DNA of 29,958 nucleotides from an uncultured bacterium (GTDB lineage: Bacteria; CSSED10-310; CAZUFC01), in assembly GCA_964619725.1 (NCBI GenBank), contig CAZUFC010000055.1, positions 22,061-52,018 of the forward strand, in the 5' to 3' direction. Numbering within the stretch: the first letter of the stretch is position 1; each line of letters starts with the position of its first letter. Below are positions 1 through 8,556 of this stretch, piece after piece. The position numbers were made by a program, and so were the translations under genes. The notes beneath the pieces were generated by a model. It did not search any database. It was not told the DNA's origin and saw only the letters and a list, made by a program, of their open reading frames with translations.

Positions 1-352
1 ATTGGACGTTGACAATTGACAATTCTGAAAACCCAAACGCTGACGACTAGACAAACCGAATATAATGGCCAATGGTCAATACCCAATTGCCAATGGCCGA
101 CGGATTCCGATCTGCAGTCATTGGCAATTGACCATTGGACGTTGACAATTGACAATTCTGAAAACCCAAACGCTGACGACAAGACAAATCGAATATAATG
201 GCCAATGGTCAATACCCAATTGCCAATGGCCAACGGATTCCGGGCTGCAGTCATTGGCAATTGACGATTGGACGTTGACAATTGACAATTCTGAAAACCC
301 AAACGCTGCCGACAAGACAAACCGAATATAATGGCCAATGGTCAATACCCAA
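1..352. repeat. Tandem array of a 133-bp heptamer-built palindromic unit (about 2.6 copies, cut by the window start)
   Basis: Near-identical units start at 1, 134 and 267. Hairpin at 64-157: AAT+5 heptamers+G, 16-nt loop GATTCCGATCTGCAGT, then C+5 complementary heptamers+ATT. Confidence 0.97.
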
Positions 353-377
353 AAACCTCCAACCATCCGCACCTCTT

Positions 378-1106
378 TCAGATATCAATAACCATTTTGT
401 CTCCAGGAGACTTATAAACGAAAACCTCCGTATGCGAAACTCCCGGGTCTCCCTGGATTTCATCGAAAAATTCTTTTACCCAGCCGGTGTTGTTGAAGGT
501 GTGCATGGGAACGAAGAAACTGGAGTCGGTTTGCCTGATAAAGTCCCAGGCTCCGCTCCATTCCCTGGTTCTCTTGTCCGCATTGGAAAAAGCTATGTCT
601 ATTCCCAGGTCCCTGATCTTTTCCAGTCCCGCCTGGAATATTCGCTTTACTTCTCGATTCGTCGCCTCATCCATGTGGTCCCGGGTCCAGTCAGCCAGGT
701 CTCCTCCGAAGTAAATCAACGCGCCTTTGTATCTGATGATGAAAGCTACTCCGGCATCATTGCTTAAAAGCGTTTCGATCTCTAATCCGTCAATCTCGTA
801 TGTACGACCTGGTTCCACGATGCGGACTTTGTCTCTATTTTCTATTTGCGGAGCTTTGTCCAGGACATCCGAGGAGATGAAGTATCGGATGGAATCCGCG
901 CTTTTCGGGAAATCGAAAATTTTCTTTGTGAAGTGATCCTGGTGAGCGTGCGAGACGAATACAGTGCATTTTTTACCGTTAATTTGTTTTTCAGCTATGG
1001 ACCGTATGCGTGGCGGCATGCCCGAAGGGAAATCGAAAAGGAAGCATTCCTGATCGAAATTCAAAGTGAAACAGTTGTGTATAATATATGTAATTTCAAT
1101 TCTCAT
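378..1106 (-). CDS. MBL-fold metallo-hydrolase
   Basis: SHAHQDH (HxHxDH) motif, later GD and PMH motifs. Start moved to ATG 1106 (MRIEITYIIHNCF), which has AGGA upstream; the ORF track extends to 1202. Confidence 0.85.
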   Translation of the reverse strand: MRIEITYIIHNCFTLNFDQECFLFDFPSGMPPRIRSIAEKQINGKKCTVFVSHAHQDHFTKKIFDFPKSADSIRYFISSDVLDKAPQIENRDKVRIVEPGRTYEIDGLEIETLLSNDAGVAFIIRYKGALIYFGGDLADWTRDHMDEATNREVKRIFQAGLEKIRDLGIDIAFSNADKRTREWSGAWDFIRQTDSSFFVPMHTFNNTGWVKEFFDEIQGDPGVSHTEVFVYKSPGDKMVIDI

Positions 1107-1198
1107 TTTTATTCCTATTTCCTTAAGCTGATTCAGCCGTTTTATACCGTGGGCATAAAAGACTACAGATTCTGAAACGGATAATTTATTGAAGCGCG

Positions 1199-2476
1199 TC
1201 AAGAAGATTTGCGCTGTTTTTTTCTTCTTCTGGCAGCGACTTCCGGGGCTTCTTTAATGGCGGTTCCCAGGACGTTGACGCCCATTTTAAACAGTTTTCC
1301 CGGCCCTCTGGTAAAGCCGGCGGGCCCTTTGCCGACGTCTTCCCAGCCTTTTTCATCGGGCTTAAGGCTTTCCCAGTTATGGAACAGTCTTCCCCAGTCG
1401 CTTCTGAGCGCTTTATGGACCCTGTAGTTTCCGTTTTTCGGGTACCAGTACATATCATGGTAGATGACGCTGGCGATGTAGGCCCAGGGAGCGGCCCAGG
1501 TTTTAAGGGACCATTCGATGGCTTTTTTCAGCCTGCCCCAGTAAATCATGTGCTGCATCCTGGCGGCAAAGGTGATGTGTTTCATAGGACCTTCGAAATG
1601 CCAGTTTTCCTCTGCAGCCGATTTATCGCCGACGATTTCAATTTGCGAGGGATCGCCGCATCCCAATCCTTTGTCGTGAGCTATCCTGATATACTTCAGG
1701 TCCATGGGATTGAAGCCCATCATGGCGGCGGCTACGGCATCGATGGCTACCTGGTCTGAAGAGGCCAGTAGCACATTTTTCACATGCGGGGTCATGCATC
1801 GCGGTCCCGGCCCGTCTCCTACAAAGGTACCGTCCATTACTGCAAAAACGCCCTTATGAATTTTCTTCTGGATCATCAGAAGGTCTACCAGCGTTTCATG
1901 TATCACGGGATGGGTCCAGTGACGATGCTCGTTCAACAGCCCCCCGAAAGCGTTTTTCATGGCGCCGGTTGTGGTGGTGAAAACGTGAGTTTTGATAGTG
2001 GGAAGGTGAATAATGTTTTCTCCTATAAATCTTTTCGGGATGGAGAAACCTTTGGGATAAACTTCGTTTAAAACCAAAAATTCTTTTGCCAGGTCGCCCA
2101 CTGCGTCCCTGATGTCGATCCAATCTTCCGTTTCATAAAGATGGATGTTTCTCAATCCATGGTCCTGGATGACGTTGATCTGTTTATTTTCTCTTTCGCC
2201 CAGGTGAGCATCGATCACCACTGTACGATTATGGCAGGCATGAATCAGGTCGGGATCATACCCGTCGTTTTTCATGGTGCGGATAACTCCTTCAAGCTGC
2301 CACGGCGTTGTCGAACTTCCGGGAAAAAAGAAATGCCAGCTTATATTTATTTTTAGAGCCGTATCGGCATCTTTAACGACCGCGTCCTGGTATCCGGCCA
2401 GGTTCATCAATTCGCTGTAGTCGGAAAGCACGGTACGCGGCGAAGTTCTTAAAACGGCTACCTTTGATTTGTTCAT
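1199..2476 (-). CDS. DUF362-domain protein (putative Fe-S protein)
   Basis: LKIN, TTP, PTIKTH, TGAMKNAFG, DG..GPGP and DQVAIDAV motifs typical of DUF362. Start ATG 2476 has AGGAAG upstream. Confidence 0.8.
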   Translation of the reverse strand: MNKSKVAVLRTSPRTVLSDYSELMNLAGYQDAVVKDADTALKINISWHFFFPGSSTTPWQLEGVIRTMKNDGYDPDLIHACHNRTVVIDAHLGERENKQINVIQDHGLRNIHLYETEDWIDIRDAVGDLAKEFLVLNEVYPKGFSIPKRFIGENIIHLPTIKTHVFTTTTGAMKNAFGGLLNEHRHWTHPVIHETLVDLLMIQKKIHKGVFAVMDGTFVGDGPGPRCMTPHVKNVLLASSDQVAIDAVAAAMMGFNPMDLKYIRIAHDKGLGCGDPSQIEIVGDKSAAEENWHFEGPMKHITFAARMQHMIYWGRLKKAIEWSLKTWAAPWAYIASVIYHDMYWYPKNGNYRVHKALRSDWGRLFHNWESLKPDEKGWEDVGKGPAGFTRGPGKLFKMGVNVLGTAIKEAPEVAARRRKKQRKSS

Positions 2477-2563
2477 GACTTCTTCCTGTTGATAAGGTTG
2501 AAAATTACCCGCTTTGAAACGTCCGTTCAATAATCAACAAAGATCGAACGTTTCCTTTTGCGG

Positions 2564-3523
2564 TCAAACGCCGTCAGGAACAGGCGGCAATTGTTTCTTT
2601 ATTTCCATTGCCAATCGCAATGCTTTCAGTCCCCTGCTTCCCGGAACGATCGGCTCCTTTCCGGTCTCTATAGAGTTCAGGAAAGCGCATATTTCATTCT
2701 TTAAAGGTTCCGATTCATCCACTGTAACAGGTATTTTTTTAATATTCTGCATGGGATTCCCGGATTCAGGGATTGAAGAATCGACTATCCTTTCAAAAGC
2801 AGTGACTGTTTTTTTCATACAATCAATGGAAAAATACTTGTTTTTTTGAAATATCCTTATTTTTCTCGTGGGTTCCATGCTGGCGCGGCTGGCGGTAACA
2901 TTGGCCGTGCAGCCCGATTCAAACAGTATCCGGGCATTGGCTATGTCATTGTTGCCGGATAAGACCGGCACTCCCACAGCCTTGATCTCTTTCACTTCCG
3001 AATCGCTCCAGCTTAATATCAAGTCCAGGTCGTGAATCATCAGATCGAGTATCACATCCACGTCCACGCTTCTCATGGAAAAAGGTCCCAGCCTGTCCGC
3101 TTCTATGAACAGAGGCCGCTCGATCATACCCAGCACAGCCATCACAGCGGGATTGAACTGCTCAAGATGTCCGATCTGAAACACGCAGCCCTTTCTTTCA
3201 GCCATATCCACAAGCTCTTCACCTGTCACCACATCATCCGTTATAGGTTTTTCAAGCAACACGTGCACTCCGCGCTCCAGAAAAGCGCCTGCTATCTCAT
3301 GATGCAAAACGGTTGGCGCCGCTATACTTACGGCTTCCGCTTTATCCAACAAGTCACGATAGTCGGTATAAGCCGGAGCGCCGTATTTTTCGCCTAACGG
3401 ACCTAATTTTTGTTCATCAGTATCGCATATTCCTATAAGTTCTGAATTTTCAATTTCAGCAAAATTCCTGACATGGTGTCTACCCAGATGTCCTGCGCCG
3501 ATAACGGCTGTCTTTATCTTCAT
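2564..3523 (-). CDS. gnnA: Gfo/Idh/MocA oxidoreductase, likely UDP-GlcNAc 3-dehydrogenase (GnnA-like)
   Basis: GAGHLG Rossmann motif, EKP, DLMIHDLD; lies directly after lpxA. Family is secure, the symbol rests on context. Confidence 0.7.
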   Translation of the reverse strand: MKIKTAVIGAGHLGRHHVRNFAEIENSELIGICDTDEQKLGPLGEKYGAPAYTDYRDLLDKAEAVSIAAPTVLHHEIAGAFLERGVHVLLEKPITDDVVTGEELVDMAERKGCVFQIGHLEQFNPAVMAVLGMIERPLFIEADRLGPFSMRSVDVDVILDLMIHDLDLILSWSDSEVKEIKAVGVPVLSGNNDIANARILFESGCTANVTASRASMEPTRKIRIFQKNKYFSIDCMKKTVTAFERIVDSSIPESGNPMQNIKKIPVTVDESEPLKNEICAFLNSIETGKEPIVPGSRGLKALRLAMEIKKQLPPVPDGV

Positions 3524-3536
3524 AACCCTTAACCTT

Positions 3537-4322
3537 TCATGCTCTTATTCGACATATTCCCCGTTTCTTCGCGCTTCTGATGAAGGAAACGAGATAGTCT
3601 ATTTCATTGTGACCGCCCCATTTTTGCTCTATTACCTCAAGCGCTTGAGAAATATTATAACGTCCGCATATCAATATTTTCACCGATTGATTCAATCGAT
3701 TTATCATATCGTGACTGAAACCGTGACGCCTGAGCCCTATCTTATTTATACCCATCAGGGCAGCCCGGTTCCCCACTACGAAACCATAAGGAATGACGTC
3801 CTGGGAAACGGCTGAACATCCGCCCACAAAGGAATAACTCCCCATCCGCGTAAACTGGTGAAAAGCAGTTAACCCCCCGATCGTTGCATGGTCCTGAACT
3901 TCCACATGACCGGCCAGGGTCGCAACGTTGGAAAAAATATTGGAGTTTCCGATCCGGCAATCGTGCGCAATATGACTGTAAGCCATAAACAGATTCTCAT
4001 TCCCTATCTTCGTCAGTCCTCCGCCGTGAGGCGTTCCACGGTTAATCAGCACATATTCCCTTATAGTATTGTTATCTCCGATATCGAGCTGCGTTTCTTC
4101 ATTATCGTAACGTAAATCCTGCGGGGCCGTTCCGAGCGCAACATGCGGAAAAACATGATTTCCGCGTCCGATACTGGTTTTACCTTCAATAACGACATGA
4201 GAATCTAAACGGGTATCTTCGCCGATTTTAACTTTACCCTGAATCATGCAGTAAGGACCGATATGAACGCTGTCCGCTAAATCAACTTGACCCTCAATTA
4301 TTGCGGTTTTGTGTACAAACAT
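3537..4322 (-). CDS. lpxA: Acyl-ACP--UDP-N-acetylglucosamine O-acyltransferase
   Basis: Hexapeptide repeats, PQDL, HIAHDC, LAGHV, HQF; 261 aa. Confidence 0.96.
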   Translation of the reverse strand: MFVHKTAIIEGQVDLADSVHIGPYCMIQGKVKIGEDTRLDSHVVIEGKTSIGRGNHVFPHVALGTAPQDLRYDNEETQLDIGDNNTIREYVLINRGTPHGGGLTKIGNENLFMAYSHIAHDCRIGNSNIFSNVATLAGHVEVQDHATIGGLTAFHQFTRMGSYSFVGGCSAVSQDVIPYGFVVGNRAALMGINKIGLRRHGFSHDMINRLNQSVKILICGRYNISQALEVIEQKWGGHNEIDYLVSFIRSAKKRGICRIRA

Positions 4323-4329
4323 CCTTATT

Positions 4330-5367
4330 TCACCTCTGCGTCGAATCTTTTTCCAGAATTTTTAATTTTTCTTCCAGCTCCTTTATTTTTTCCCTTAATT
4401 CCGGCAGTTTCTGCATCGCCAGCGTCATTTTCTGCCAGTCTCTGTGCGGCATTGCAGGAAAACCCGACATGACGCTTTTTGAGGGAATATTTTTCGTTAC
4501 TCCGGCTTTTGCCGTGACCGTAACGTCGTCGCCGATACGAATATGCCCTGCGAGTCCGGCCTGACCGGCAACAGTTACACGATCCCCAACGGCAACGCTG
4601 CCTGAGATGCCGACCATAGCGACCAGCAATCCGTCTTCTCCGACAGAAACGTTATGTCCGATATGAACATGATTATCGGTCTTGACGCCTCTTTTTATCC
4701 TGGTTTCACCCAGGACGCCGCGGTCTATCGTGACGCACGCTCCCAGTTCCACATCATCTTCAATGACGACCGTTCCGATATGAGGAATCTTGTGATGTTT
4801 TCCTTCTTTTTTTATGAAGCCGTATCCGTCGCTGCCCACAACCGTTCCGCTGTGAATAATGACCCGTTTTCCGATAAAGACGTCGTTTAATATGGCTGAA
4901 TTCGGATGAATATATGAATCTTCGCCTATTTTTACTCGGTTTCCCAGGACGCAGGCCGAAAGAATACACACCCTGTCGCCCAACTCCACATCATCGCCAA
5001 TCACCGTTTGAGGAGCAATACGGACTCCCTTGCCGGTCTTTACGTTCTTTCCCAGAATCACAGAAGGATGAATTCCCGGCTCCGGCTTCTCCACGGGATG
5101 AAATAACCTTATTATCTTCGAGAAGGTATAGTAGGGATGCTCCGAAAGAATATAATGGCCGTCATATCCTTTCGCCGGCTTCGCGGCAGTCACAGCGCCG
5201 GCCCTGGAATTTGCCAGATGCCGAGCAAACCTTTCGTCCGCCAAAAAAGTAATCCGCCCTTCATCCGCATCCTCTATACCGCCAACACCGCGAATGATAT
5301 AGTCCGGATCACCTTTGACCTCTCCGCCGACGCGAGCGGCTATTTCTCTCAGCTTAAACTCAGTCAT
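4330..5367 (-). CDS. lpxD: UDP-3-O-acyl-glucosamine N-acyltransferase
   Basis: GSDGYGF, IDRG, KTDNHVHIGHN, hexapeptide repeats, SGFPA; 345 aa. Confidence 0.96.
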   Translation of the reverse strand: MTEFKLREIAARVGGEVKGDPDYIIRGVGGIEDADEGRITFLADERFARHLANSRAGAVTAAKPAKGYDGHYILSEHPYYTFSKIIRLFHPVEKPEPGIHPSVILGKNVKTGKGVRIAPQTVIGDDVELGDRVCILSACVLGNRVKIGEDSYIHPNSAILNDVFIGKRVIIHSGTVVGSDGYGFIKKEGKHHKIPHIGTVVIEDDVELGACVTIDRGVLGETRIKRGVKTDNHVHIGHNVSVGEDGLLVAMVGISGSVAVGDRVTVAGQAGLAGHIRIGDDVTVTAKAGVTKNIPSKSVMSGFPAMPHRDWQKMTLAMQKLPELREKIKELEEKLKILEKDSTQR

Positions 5368-5392
5368 CCCGCCGTTGCCTTCCGCTTACATT

Positions 5393-5929
5393 CTATTCCT
5401 TCTGCGCCGCATCATAACGTTCGATTATTTCGCTTGTAATGTCGATGGCCGGGTCCGCATATAAAATCGTAGAAGCAATTTTGCCCAAAATGAGCGTATA
5501 ACCTTCCTCTTTCCCGATTTCATCAATTATTTCGATGACTTCACGGTCGATTTTCTCCAGATATGTCTGCTGCATCTTGTTCAATTCCCGGTCCGCATCC
5601 TCCGCCATTCGCTTTAACTCGATCTTCAAACGGTCTATGGCCTCCCCCTTCTGCTGCTTGGCGCTTTCCGACATCGTAAAATACTGATTTTGCAATTCGT
5701 CTTCCAATTTTTGAATCTCCGATCTTTTCGCATCCAGCTCATCCTTCTTCTGCGCCTCATACTCCTTCATCCTTTCAATGCCTTTGCGCCCCACGACGGA
5801 TTCTGAAAAAATACGCTCTGCATCCACGTAACCTATTTTAAGGTTTTTGGCGTGCAGGGGCTGGAATGCGCTGCCAAGAAGAAAGATGCTCATCGCCGTA
5901 ACGACGGTAATAAGTTTTAAATTTTTCAT
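5393..5929 (-). CDS. skp: OmpH/Skp periplasmic chaperone
   Basis: Signal peptide, KIGYVD, coiled coil, C-terminal ILYADPAIDIT; sits between bamA and lpxD. Confidence 0.92.
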   Translation of the reverse strand: MKNLKLITVVTAMSIFLLGSAFQPLHAKNLKIGYVDAERIFSESVVGRKGIERMKEYEAQKKDELDAKRSEIQKLEDELQNQYFTMSESAKQQKGEAIDRLKIELKRMAEDADRELNKMQQTYLEKIDREVIEIIDEIGKEEGYTLILGKIASTILYADPAIDITSEIIERYDAAQKE

Positions 5930-5967
5930 TTTTCAAGCTCCTCTCTATTAAAGGATAAACCGTTGCA

Positions 5968-8406
5968 TTAGAAAAAAGTTCCCAATGTGAACTGAAATTC
6001 CGTTAAATCTTCATTCTGATAACGGTCCAGGTTGTAGCCCCAGATAAAACGGAGCGGGACCCAGAACTGCGGGACGAAGAATCTTATTTCAACGCCGGCG
6101 CCGGGCCTCATGGTCCTCAGATCATAGGATGCATCGTCGGCATAGGCGTCGCCGGCATCAAAGAAAAGAACGGCTTTCAGAGGTCCGGCGATGGGAATGA
6201 TCAATTCGGTATTGAATAATAATGCCTTATTTCCCCCCAGGTTGTTGCCGTAAGAATCCTTGGGTCCGATGGAATCTTCCCTGAAACCCCTGACCGTCCG
6301 GGAACCTCCGAGGAAATAGCGTTCAAAATAGGGGAGAACCTGGTTATGATGACCATCCGCGTAATCAATTTCAGCATGCAGAAGCCAGACGAGTTTGCCC
6401 AGAGGGATATAAATCGATGCTTCATACTCAAGTTTATAAAAATCGTTGGTACCGCCGAGAAAGCCTCCGGCATATTCAAAAGAAAAACGGTTGTAAGTGC
6501 CTCTGGTGGGTTCCCGCTGGTTGTCGCGGCGGTCCCTGAAAAAATATTGAGTGATGCTGCTGGTGGTAGTGCGGTCATCCTGACTTCCGTAAATCGAATC
6601 GAAAGTGTCGCTGCCGTTGTCGTCATCAATATCGGAATCGCTCTCATCCTCCCTGTCGTAAATCTTATTGAGCTCATATGAGTATCCGAGTCTCCCGGCG
6701 ATACCCCAAAACAATGGCCGCCCTCCGAAAATGCTGCCTCCGCGGCTCCTTTTTTTCAATAATTCATACGTTCGGTCCTGGTTCCACAATGAAATGCTTC
6801 CGTGTGTTCTGGTGTCGAACAACCAGTCATCGCTGAACTTTAATTGAAAAGTTGTCCTTATCTTGCTTGCCGTAACCTGGAAATTCAATTCCTGTCCGCG
6901 ACCAAAAAGGTTGTGCTCCGAAATTCCGAAAGTTCCGAACAGCTTGTCCGCGCTGCTGTACCCCCCGGAAAGCTGCAACTCCGTCGGATGCGTGTCGTTG
7001 ACCGAAACCACGACGTCAAGCTCGTCTGCAGCCGCTGCAGGCTGAACGTCCGGAACAATATCCTGTATGTAACCCAGAAAATGTATCTTCTGGACTCCCA
7101 ACCTGAAAGCCATGGTGTTGAAAACATCGCCTTCGGTCAATGGAATCTCCCGGCGCAACACCTTATCGCGCGTCCGTAAATTGCCCTTGAATTCCAGGCG
7201 GTTCAAATATATTTTTTCCCCCTCTTCAATCTGGAATAATATGTTGACGAGTTTCTTTTCATGATCGTATTCGAAGTCGGGGTATATGACGGAATAAATG
7301 CGACCGCGGGAACCATAAAGGTCCGTTATGTTCTGTATTGCGGTCTGCACAAGCTCCCGGTTATAAACATCGCCCTCCTCGAGCTTTCCTATCTCCTTGG
7401 TGAATATGCTCTTTTTAAACATTCCGCCTTTTTTGACCGTTCCTATCAATCCCAGCAACTTGTCTTCAGGAAACACCTCGGCGCCTTCCAGGTCAATTTC
7501 GCCGAAACGATACTGTTCTCCTTCGATAACAGGAATTTTGATCGAGACGACTTTAATGGTTTTTATTCCTTTCCCGAATAATTTCTCTTTCCTGATCTCT
7601 TTTATCTCAACATCGGGCTTTCCTACAGAGGCGTCAGCAAAACCTTTATTCTGATAATGATTTTCCAGGTTCTGCAAATCTTCATTCAGCAGGTCCTGCT
7701 GGTATTTTCCTCCGCCGGTCAGCCAGGACAAAAACCAATGCTCCCGCGTCTTCTTCAACTTGGACTTCAATCCCCAAAACCTGTTTCCTTCGTTCATTTT
7801 TTCATCGCCGAGAATCTCTATTTCCCTTATGCGCACCTTGTCGCCTTCATTCACCGCAAAATTAACCGTGACGGCTCCTCCCCCCAGCTCATTAATCAAG
7901 GGAGTTACGGTAACGTAATTATACCCGTCCTCCCTGTATTTGTTCCGTATGGCATTGGCGGCTTTCTCGACCGCCACGGGATCATAAGGCGATGGAACTG
8001 CGAGCTCAACTTCAGCCTCATCGATCGCAGATTGCAGCGTCGAAGAGGAAAGCTTTTTGGCTCCTGTAATTTCATAAGCTTTCAGAATCGGCTTTTCCTG
8101 GACGACATAAATCAGCCTGACTCCCTCCTTGAAAGGCTCAGCCTCAATGCGGACATCTTCAAAAAAACCCGTGTCATACAGCGCCTTGATGTCCTGCTGA
8201 AGGACCTCGGGCAGCATGCGCTCACCGACTGAACTTCTTATTACGAAAAGAATCGTTTCCGCCTCAATACCCTTGTTTCCTTCCACCAGAATCTCTTCAA
8301 TAATATCGCCGTACATGACGTCCTGAGCGGACGCGCCCGGTCCTGCAATGTTAACAGGCGAACAAACCACCAATAGAACCGTCAACAGAAATCGATTTAA
8401 CTTCAT
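5968..8406 (-). CDS. bamA: Outer membrane protein assembly factor BamA
   Basis: POTRA repeats (GNLRTRDKVLRRE), VRGF motif, C-terminal Phe. Start ATG 8406 has GGAG upstream. Confidence 0.95.
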   Translation of the reverse strand: MKLNRFLLTVLLVVCSPVNIAGPGASAQDVMYGDIIEEILVEGNKGIEAETILFVIRSSVGERMLPEVLQQDIKALYDTGFFEDVRIEAEPFKEGVRLIYVVQEKPILKAYEITGAKKLSSSTLQSAIDEAEVELAVPSPYDPVAVEKAANAIRNKYREDGYNYVTVTPLINELGGGAVTVNFAVNEGDKVRIREIEILGDEKMNEGNRFWGLKSKLKKTREHWFLSWLTGGGKYQQDLLNEDLQNLENHYQNKGFADASVGKPDVEIKEIRKEKLFGKGIKTIKVVSIKIPVIEGEQYRFGEIDLEGAEVFPEDKLLGLIGTVKKGGMFKKSIFTKEIGKLEEGDVYNRELVQTAIQNITDLYGSRGRIYSVIYPDFEYDHEKKLVNILFQIEEGEKIYLNRLEFKGNLRTRDKVLRREIPLTEGDVFNTMAFRLGVQKIHFLGYIQDIVPDVQPAAAADELDVVVSVNDTHPTELQLSGGYSSADKLFGTFGISEHNLFGRGQELNFQVTASKIRTTFQLKFSDDWLFDTRTHGSISLWNQDRTYELLKKRSRGGSIFGGRPLFWGIAGRLGYSYELNKIYDREDESDSDIDDDNGSDTFDSIYGSQDDRTTTSSITQYFFRDRRDNQREPTRGTYNRFSFEYAGGFLGGTNDFYKLEYEASIYIPLGKLVWLLHAEIDYADGHHNQVLPYFERYFLGGSRTVRGFREDSIGPKDSYGNNLGGNKALLFNTELIIPIAGPLKAVLFFDAGDAYADDASYDLRTMRPGAGVEIRFFVPQFWVPLRFIWGYNLDRYQNEDLTEFQFTLGTFF

Positions 8407-8475
8407 GCAATTCTCCAGGAATGATCGTAAATTCATGCCGCTCCTATTACACTAAATGATTGTCTGATTTTCAAT

Positions 8476-8518
8476 AAAAAAAGACCGGTTTCTTCATCCG
8501 GAGAAACCGATCTTTTTT
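8476..8518 (-). terminator. Rho-independent terminator after clpC, potentially bidirectional
   Basis: AAAAAAAGACCGGTTTCT-loop-AGAAACCGATCTTTTTT: stem flanked by A and T tracts. Confidence 0.75.
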
Positions 8519-8556
8519 GCGTTCTTTCTTTCCCGGTTAAAAAGAACCGAAAAGAC

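Noticed and set aside
16-66. Perfect TTGACA and TATAAT within each repeat unit
   Set aside because: Spacing is 39 nt rather than about 17, and TTGACA arises from the heptamer itself.
1-352. CRISPR array interpretation of the terminal repeats
   Set aside because: Units are near-identical along their whole 133 bp with no unique spacers, and no cas genes are present.
16-463. Short ORFs in the left array, and 29619-29944 in the right array
   Set aside because: They are translations of the repeat; the periods 133 and 119 are not multiples of 3, so the frame shifts every unit.
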